From positions 1 through 64,000 of the forward strand of contig CBFDEM010000006.1 of the NCBI GenBank assembly GCA_965603825.1: a stretch of 64,000 nt of DNA, read 5' to 3'. Each line of letters opens with the position of its first letter. Position 1 is the first letter of the stretch. Shown piece by piece: positions 57,725-64,000 of the stretch. Below the pieces are notes generated by a model, which was given only the letters and a program-made list of their open reading frames with translations, did not search any database and was not told the origin of the DNA. The position numbers were made by a program, and so were the translations under genes. Origin of the DNA: Blepharisma stoltei ATCC 30299 (lineage: Eukaryota > Protista > Ciliophora).

Positions 57725-59230
57725 TTAATTTTTGACAGTGAGATTATTGAGATTGAAAATTTTACTGTTTTTCGCTTTGTGGTTGGGGAGGATTTGTTTT
57801 GTTTTTAATGATAGATTTTTAGATTCTGTTGGGGTGACTATAGATGATGGTATTTGTAAATAATCTTTTTCGGCTGCAGGCTTTGGATTTTTTATGGTAG
57901 GAGGTTCTCTATAATTGAAAGACGCTCGTTGTGAGGGAAAATACATTCTTGCTTCCCCTGAGTTATTTCGAGAATGCATTGAAAATTCATTCGCATTATT
58001 CGGGTCAAGATACGTCATAGGTTTATTCCCACTTAATTTTCTTACATGTTTTCTTTGATATTCTAGCCCTTCAAAGCTATTATTGATAGTAGAATCATTG
58101 GCATTCCTTTGCTCGGTCACAGTCATATTTCCTGAAGATTCGCTTGGGCTGATATGATGGTCATTTTTTGTATCATGAATAAAAATCAGGTCTAGAGAAA
58201 AGCGTAAAATTATTAAAAATAAGCTTGCTGAGCACAGTGCAAGATTTAAAATATTCAAATTTGAAATGGTCCAAACTGATTTATCGTACAATATAGGGAT
58301 TACTAAAAATGAAGCTTCAAACGAGTGATATAAAATAGTAAAAAATGTATTTCTAAAAGACTTGTAGGGCTGAAAAGCAATTAAATATAAAACTGAATAA
58401 AAAATACCTATTATTGCTTCTGCTGATATCATACATATGCATTGATAAAACTCGTATTGATAAGCAAAAACCAGGAGTATTGCAAATAAAGTCCTTGCTG
58501 ATATAAACAGCGGATAATACAATCAGTAGATTCTAGAAGTGTCCTTAAATTCTCTTATACAAAAATTAAAATATTCTAAATAGCTGTTTGTAAATAGAGA
58601 ATATAATAGTAGCATAAAATACATGATCATTAATGATAAATATACTCCTGATATGGCTGCACTTAGTATTATCAAAAATGAGGTAGAATCAGCGTTTTGG
58701 ACAGCTAAAATACAGAAAAAAATCAAGTCTAAACATGATGCTATAATAAACCACATCAGTATAGAAAATCTTCCTTTACTAGTTTGCCTCGGTCTTATCC
58801 AAGGGACTACTGCAAAAGCCAAAAAACACAGCAAAAATACCACCAAATATTCTTGAGCATTATAAAGCACCAAAACTGATTTTATTCCCATATCTTCAAA
58901 ATGTGGCTGATTTGGCTCTACCTCACTGCTGATAAAATAAACATAACCTTGATAAAAATAATAAATTTGTTTTCAAAATGATCTATAAAAGACTGAGTTT
59001 GAAAAATTAATTAAAGGCACGAATCTGGCAAACTGCATAAATGTAGCTAATTGAGTAAATCCTCCTAATAGTTCAGAGCTATGCGAATGGAATAAAAATA
59101 CTAATAAAAGCATAAGGGCGAATAAAGGAATCATAGAGTACAAAGTCACGTAACCAAAAATTTGTCCGTCTCGTTCAGATGTTATGTCATACGCAAATGT
59201 TGAGCTAATTAAAATGAATAAAAGTTTCAT
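57725..59230 (-). CDS. Signal-peptide, about 7-TM membrane protein with disordered tail (similar to the membrane module of large ciliate surface proteins), about 496 aa, 2 TGA=Trp
   Basis: Three track ORFs share one frame across TGA 58973-58975 and 58523-58525; FMQFARFVPLIN, EFKD..IY-W-LYYPLF..R, YL..FQPYKS. Confidence 0.78.
58393..58407 (-). other. Probable 15-nt stop-free intron GTATTTTTTATTCAG
   Basis: Matches the intron consensus (TA at 9-10, CAG); supported only by consensus and helix length. Confidence 0.55.
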
Positions 59231-60388
59231 TTTCTGGATAATTGGATTTTATTTAATAAAGAAAGATAATAGGAGAGGATTTTTGTAAGAGGTATGGTTA
59301 ATTAGAGGAAAAATTATGTGTGTGAAATTTTAATAATTATAAAAAGAGGTGGCATTTAAGCTGATAAATAGAGCTGAATTCTGTGATAATTTTGCCTTTT
59401 TGGGGGTAAAGCATAGTTTCTTGGATGGTGGAGCCAGTTCTCTGGTCAGGCTTTAAGGAAAGTTATAGCACTATTACTGTTTCACTTCCATCTGATAGCA
59501 GTAACAGAAACTTTAGTTACCATATGATGAGAGAAAGATAAAATTTGTTCTCTTGACTTTCAGCAACACTATTTGGGGTGTGCTCTTGAGAGAATTTAAC
59601 TGCAAAGATGACTCAACAGCCTGCAAGCTCACAATTTAAAAATGGTGAAAGCTCTGGGAATGATACCATATTATGTGCCTTGTGTCTTCATGAAAAGACT
59701 TATTTAACTCAGCTTAATCTCTATATGGCTTATCGTCTACTAAGAGTTGCTGAAACCAGAACTTTCGCAATTTTTGTGTATGTCGCCCCACAGACCTGGT
59801 CTAGGCCAGGTTTTTTGCTCTAGGATATATTGGAAATGGTTTTTATAGCTTAGAAACTGCATAATCAAGTTTTGAAATTTAAATAAAGCAATCAAAATTT
59901 GTATAAATCACTTAAAAATGTATAAGTGTATTGGAAACTCAGCGAATGTCAATTTTTTAACGTGTAAAAATTTACAATTTAGGCTAAATTGCAGTATTTT
60001 ATAATACTTGATAATTTCGCTTTTAAATCTTGAGAAAGATTATTTTCCTGTGTTTATTACCTTTTAAAGACTGATATAATATTTATTTAGTTCAATACTA
60101 AGAGTTTAAGAGTTATTCAAGATTTATCAGCCTACAATTTTATACTCTTACTTTTATATAAACTTTTAGAAAAAAAGTAAGATAAGGCAAAAAGTTTGAA
60201 TTTTTTTTAAAGAATTATCGAAAAAAGAGATTAGAGATTAAAATTAATTTCATTAGCAGTAAGGATTTCTGATAAGAAACAATTTATCTAACCTAAAATT
60301 CAATTCCTTAAGAATTAAGCCAATCGAAGAAAGGCAGAACTTGTCAGGCAGTTACTAGAGTTTTACTTAATTACTTTTACTAATCATT

Positions 60389-61318
60389 TTATGAAGTTAA
60401 TTCAATCAATCTCTTTACATTCAAATCAAACTTGAAGAAAAAACGTGCATCTATTCCAATATATATTCCTCCTTTATTATATGAACAATACACCTGAAAA
60501 GGGTGGTAAGTGATTGTTGATGTTTTTCCTATTGGTGTCCAATTCATGTAACTTCCAATTTCGCTTTCATAGATTTCTCCTAATTTATCGCATTCAATCA
60601 AATAAAGTCTCTCTGCATTTATCAGGATCTTTCTTATCCCTAATGCAAACTCATAAGGAATCGTCGAGAAAGAGTCAATATCAATTGAGTATAACAAAAG
60701 ATTTCTATTTCAAAGTCCAGAAATCAAAATATTTCCTTCAAACATTATACTATTGCATGTGGTATCAGCTTTTGGAATTGGAGTTAATTGAATTCATCGA
60801 TTTTGATCGAAATCAAACCTACTAGATAGAGTTAAACGTACTTTATTATCTTGTCCTCCAAAGCAATAGACGCTGTTGTTGAAATATATGCATGATGATA
60901 ATGCACAAGGAGCTCTAGATGGCAGCACTTCGACTCCACCATTTCTATCAATTAGCACTGCTATTCCAGAAGGTTTATTATTACCAAAACAGAATAGCTT
61001 GCCATTTGGAAGTTGAGTTATGCAAGTGGTTAAATCTAGTTTTTGTGGAGTCTGCAAGATTTTGACTTCTTGGGTTTCAGTTTCAGTGTTATAAATAATC
61101 AAATTAGTTTCCTTGTAATCCTGCTTAAGATTATAAAGAGATTTTCCATGCTGACAAGTATTAAGATAGTTTTGGCAAGCATGCATTAGTGGCGGTTCAT
61201 AAAGACTAGGATTGATATAAAGTGCTAAGCAAGTGGCTCTGAAATCCATTTCTAGTTCTGGATTGTTTGGTTTGCTCAAAATCTCAGCTGATTTATTTCT
61301 TAAGGTTAGGTCTGCCAT
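60389..61318 (-). CDS. Kelch-like beta-propeller protein, 309 aa, 2 TGA=Trp
   Basis: TCITQLPNGKLFCFG, IYFNNSVYCFGG...SSRFDFDQNR-W-IQLTPIP; the two track ORFs are in frame; ATG at 61318. Confidence 0.82.
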
Positions 61319-62207
61319 CACGTATATTATTTCAACACAAAGTAAATTTATAAATTTTTTAGTCAAACTAGCTGTACTCAAGTCAATTCAATCGTTTAGA
61401 AAGAATCCATAGCAGCCTTCCCAGAAGAAGTCCAATGCCATCTCTATCTTCTCTTCATACCAGACCAACTGTATCCAGTATGATATTTGGTTTTACGTTC
61501 TAGGCTTCAAGCTACAATTTCGGCCGAAATTAGCTAAAATATTCACTTTTTTTTATTTTCTAAGCTGGCAATAGCACCAAATGCTCAACACGGTAACTTT
61601 GTCTCTTTAATCTGGGTGAATGCCAAACCCATACCTAGAGGAGTCCGGCAGCTCTACTCATGAGCTATTTATCTAATTTGTTTTTTCTCTGGGTCGGCAG
61701 AGTAACTGGGGGCGGGCAAGGGAGATGAGAATACCACTTGCGCTGTGAGATTAAGAGTCCCTCAATAACTGTAACTAGCCTAACTCATATAGCAGCAATA
61801 TAGTCATTTTAATGCTACAAGAAGAATTGTAAATGAAAATCTACACTTCAGTTCAATTAATATATCAAAAAAATCAAAAAGACATTTTTAAGTAGTTTGA
61901 TAGCTTATTTGATGACGCAGCTCATTAAATATGCAAAAAGAGAAGATAAGAATTAAGAGAAGAAGCATTATAAACTTAATAAATGTGCAAAAAATTAATA
62001 TCTTTTCAATTTTAAATAAATTATTCACAATAAATTTTTATAATATTATTGTTTTAGGCTCTATAAATAAATTATGAAATATAACCCTCTATAATTTTGC
62101 ATGGCATTTCAGCACAGAATATATAAAATGCAATTAAATTACAATTTATTCTCCCTATAGCAATTACAATAATTTTATTTAAAATTCAGGAGAATTAAAT
62201 ATAATAA

Positions 62208-64000
62208 ATGCTAAGTGTCTCCAAACAGCTTACTATTATCCTCACATTTCTAAAATGTTGCTTATCTCTTGATCCTGCTGACGTTGCTCTTGCCATAAAC
62301 TCAGGTGGCGGCACTTATACCTCTACTTTTGGCTTTGTATACTCCCCAGACAGCTATTATACCACAGGCGGGCCATATGTGGATCCCTCATCTACCCCAA
62401 TTGCTCGTACAAATAATGGAGATATGTACAAATCCCAAAGAGTATTTGATGGAACTTGAGGATATGACATCCCCGTTAGCCCTGATGGGACATATGTACT
62501 TATTCTCCAATATGTTGAAACCTGATTTACCACTGCAAATGCAAGGGTTTTTACAATTAAAATAGGAGACTACACTGTCTTAAGCAATTTAGACCTATTC
62601 GCTCTTTTTGGGAGAAATAATGCTCATGATATATTTATCGAATTTACACTTTCTGCTGGAAATGTTTATATTGGAGGGAATTTAATTTCTGGGGCATTTT
62701 CTGCAGGAATTTTAAATTTTCGTATGATCCAAGTTATACAGGCTCCAGAAATATCAGGATTTATTTTGATAAAAGGGAATTGTGCTGTAGCAGACCATTG
62801 TAATATGTGCTATAAGCAAAGATGTGCGACTTGTAATGAAGGAGATTTATCATGTGCAACCTGTATAGATAATGCCCATATTGTAGATGGAGATTGTCAA
62901 TGCAACTCTAATGCTTATTGGGCTTATTCGACAAGAAGCTGTGAAAAATGTGATAATTTGTGTAATGTTTGTTCTGGGTCGGCAAATTTTTTATGCACCA
63001 CATGTGTAAGCCCAAATGTGCTAGTGTCAAGTGTCTGCTTGCGAGCGTGTCCATATGGGTTTGGGTCTTGTACAATAGTCTCAATGGCTGTTATTGAACA
63101 AAATTTTGCTAATTTATTTGTAGGGACTTATGGGATATTTCGTGTAGGATCAAATCCGAGTACTTTTTATTTTTTTAATAGCCCTGAAGCAGATGATCCA
63201 ATCCCAGCTAAAAGTAGAGGACTTTATTTTTATGGAGCCCAGTACCTTCAGACGTCATCAAGTATATATATTTCGCTTAATTTCTCAATTGGATTTTGGG
63301 TTTGGATACTATCAGGCTCTGGCGATATCATGGCAAATAGTCCAGGGGGTAAAATAACGATATCTGCACTTGGCGTAATGACTATTGTGCTAGAAAGCAG
63401 ATTTGAAGCGACTGCAACAATAACAACTGTAGCATTAAATCCATCGAATTCAAATTGAATTTACATTTCTTTTATAACTTCGTTTTCGCCATCAACTATA
63501 ACAACAACTATTGTCCCATATTTAAATAACTCTCCAAAAACTCCTACTACAATAAGCCAGTATATATACAGGGATGGAGCAAACAATGTAATAATCCTAG
63601 GAAAGAGCTCGTCCAGTACTTTCTTAGGATATATTTATTGATTCACACTATGAAATGTTGCTGTTTCAGATTTTAATACTCAATACTCAGATGAAATATG
63701 TGACCCAGGAGAAATATCTAATTGTCTTTGGACTTGTCCTTTGTCTCAATGGATGAATCATGCAACACCAACTAATTGCAATTCATGCTCGAATGGGTGT
63801 GTCAGAAGTATATCTTGCAATGTTTGTGATGATCCTCTTTGCAGCCAGTGCACTGGATTTTCAGGTGGACTTTGCACGCAGTGTGTTTCTAATGCATCAG
63901 GAGCTTCTTCTACTTGCACTTGTAATGCTGGCTATGTTCTTTCTTCTGATGGGTTTTCATGCTTACCCTGCTTTAGTGGATGCTCTTCCTGCTCGTCAAC
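62208..64000 (+). CDS. Large surface protein, 3' partial: signal peptide, malectin domain, Cys-rich furin/EGF-like repeats, LamG-like domain; 5 TGA=Trp in window
   Basis: AINSGG, MYKSQR, GYDIPV..DGTYVLILQYVET-W-F...RVF...LDLF...G...AHD.FIEF (malectin); CxxC repeats; frame open to the window end. Confidence 0.85.

Noticed and set aside
61319-61441. N-terminal extension of the kelch gene to an upstream ATG at 61441
   Set aside because: The frame is open with TGA=Trp, but it crosses AT-rich UTR-like sequence; ATG 61318 is more plausible.
1-64000. tRNA, rRNA, telomerase RNA or transposase genes
   Set aside because: No cloverleaf or T-loop signature, rRNA-like tract, template-bearing candidate or DDE/RT motif recognised by eye. 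A covariance-model search is needed to exclude them.

Overview
This is a telomere-capped left end of a eukaryotic chromosome, almost certainly the somatic (macronuclear) genome of a heterotrich ciliate of the Blepharisma type. Three direct observations support this. (i) About 2.95 kb of (CCCTAACA)n telomere occupies 1-2953. (ii) In-frame TGA repeatedly occupies conserved Trp positions, while every intact gene ends in TAA or TAG, so the supplied ORF track fragments many genes. (iii) There are 15-16 nt GT..AG introns with an A at position 10 or 11. After re-translation with TGA=Trp and removal of 12 tiny introns, the window contains about 2.2 kb of decayed subtelomeric gene relics and then about 40 tightly packed protein genes. 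These include RPB7, FAM161-like, CCDC124, cyclin Y-like, TrmL-like, an ABCC transporter, NAK and AGC kinases, MATE, Air/ZCCHC7-like, mL46, UBE2W, START, MFS, TBC, two C2H2 paralogs, a hybrid histidine-kinase-like protein, CCT2, CAP, RING1-like, kelch and a partial malectin/Cys-rich surface protein. No rRNA, tRNA, CRISPR, transposase or gene-interrupting IES was recognised. I cannot claim a proven new system. The best leads are a recurrent TGGCATTT motif about 100-130 nt upstream of start codons, gene-dependent use of UGA versus UGG, two apparent pseudoenzymes (allantoinase-like and hybrid histidine kinase), a bacterial-type TrmL, stop-free 15-nt introns inside functional motifs, and an inverted telomere unit with a hairpin at the telomere junction. 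All protein family calls come from motif recognition by eye, not database searches.
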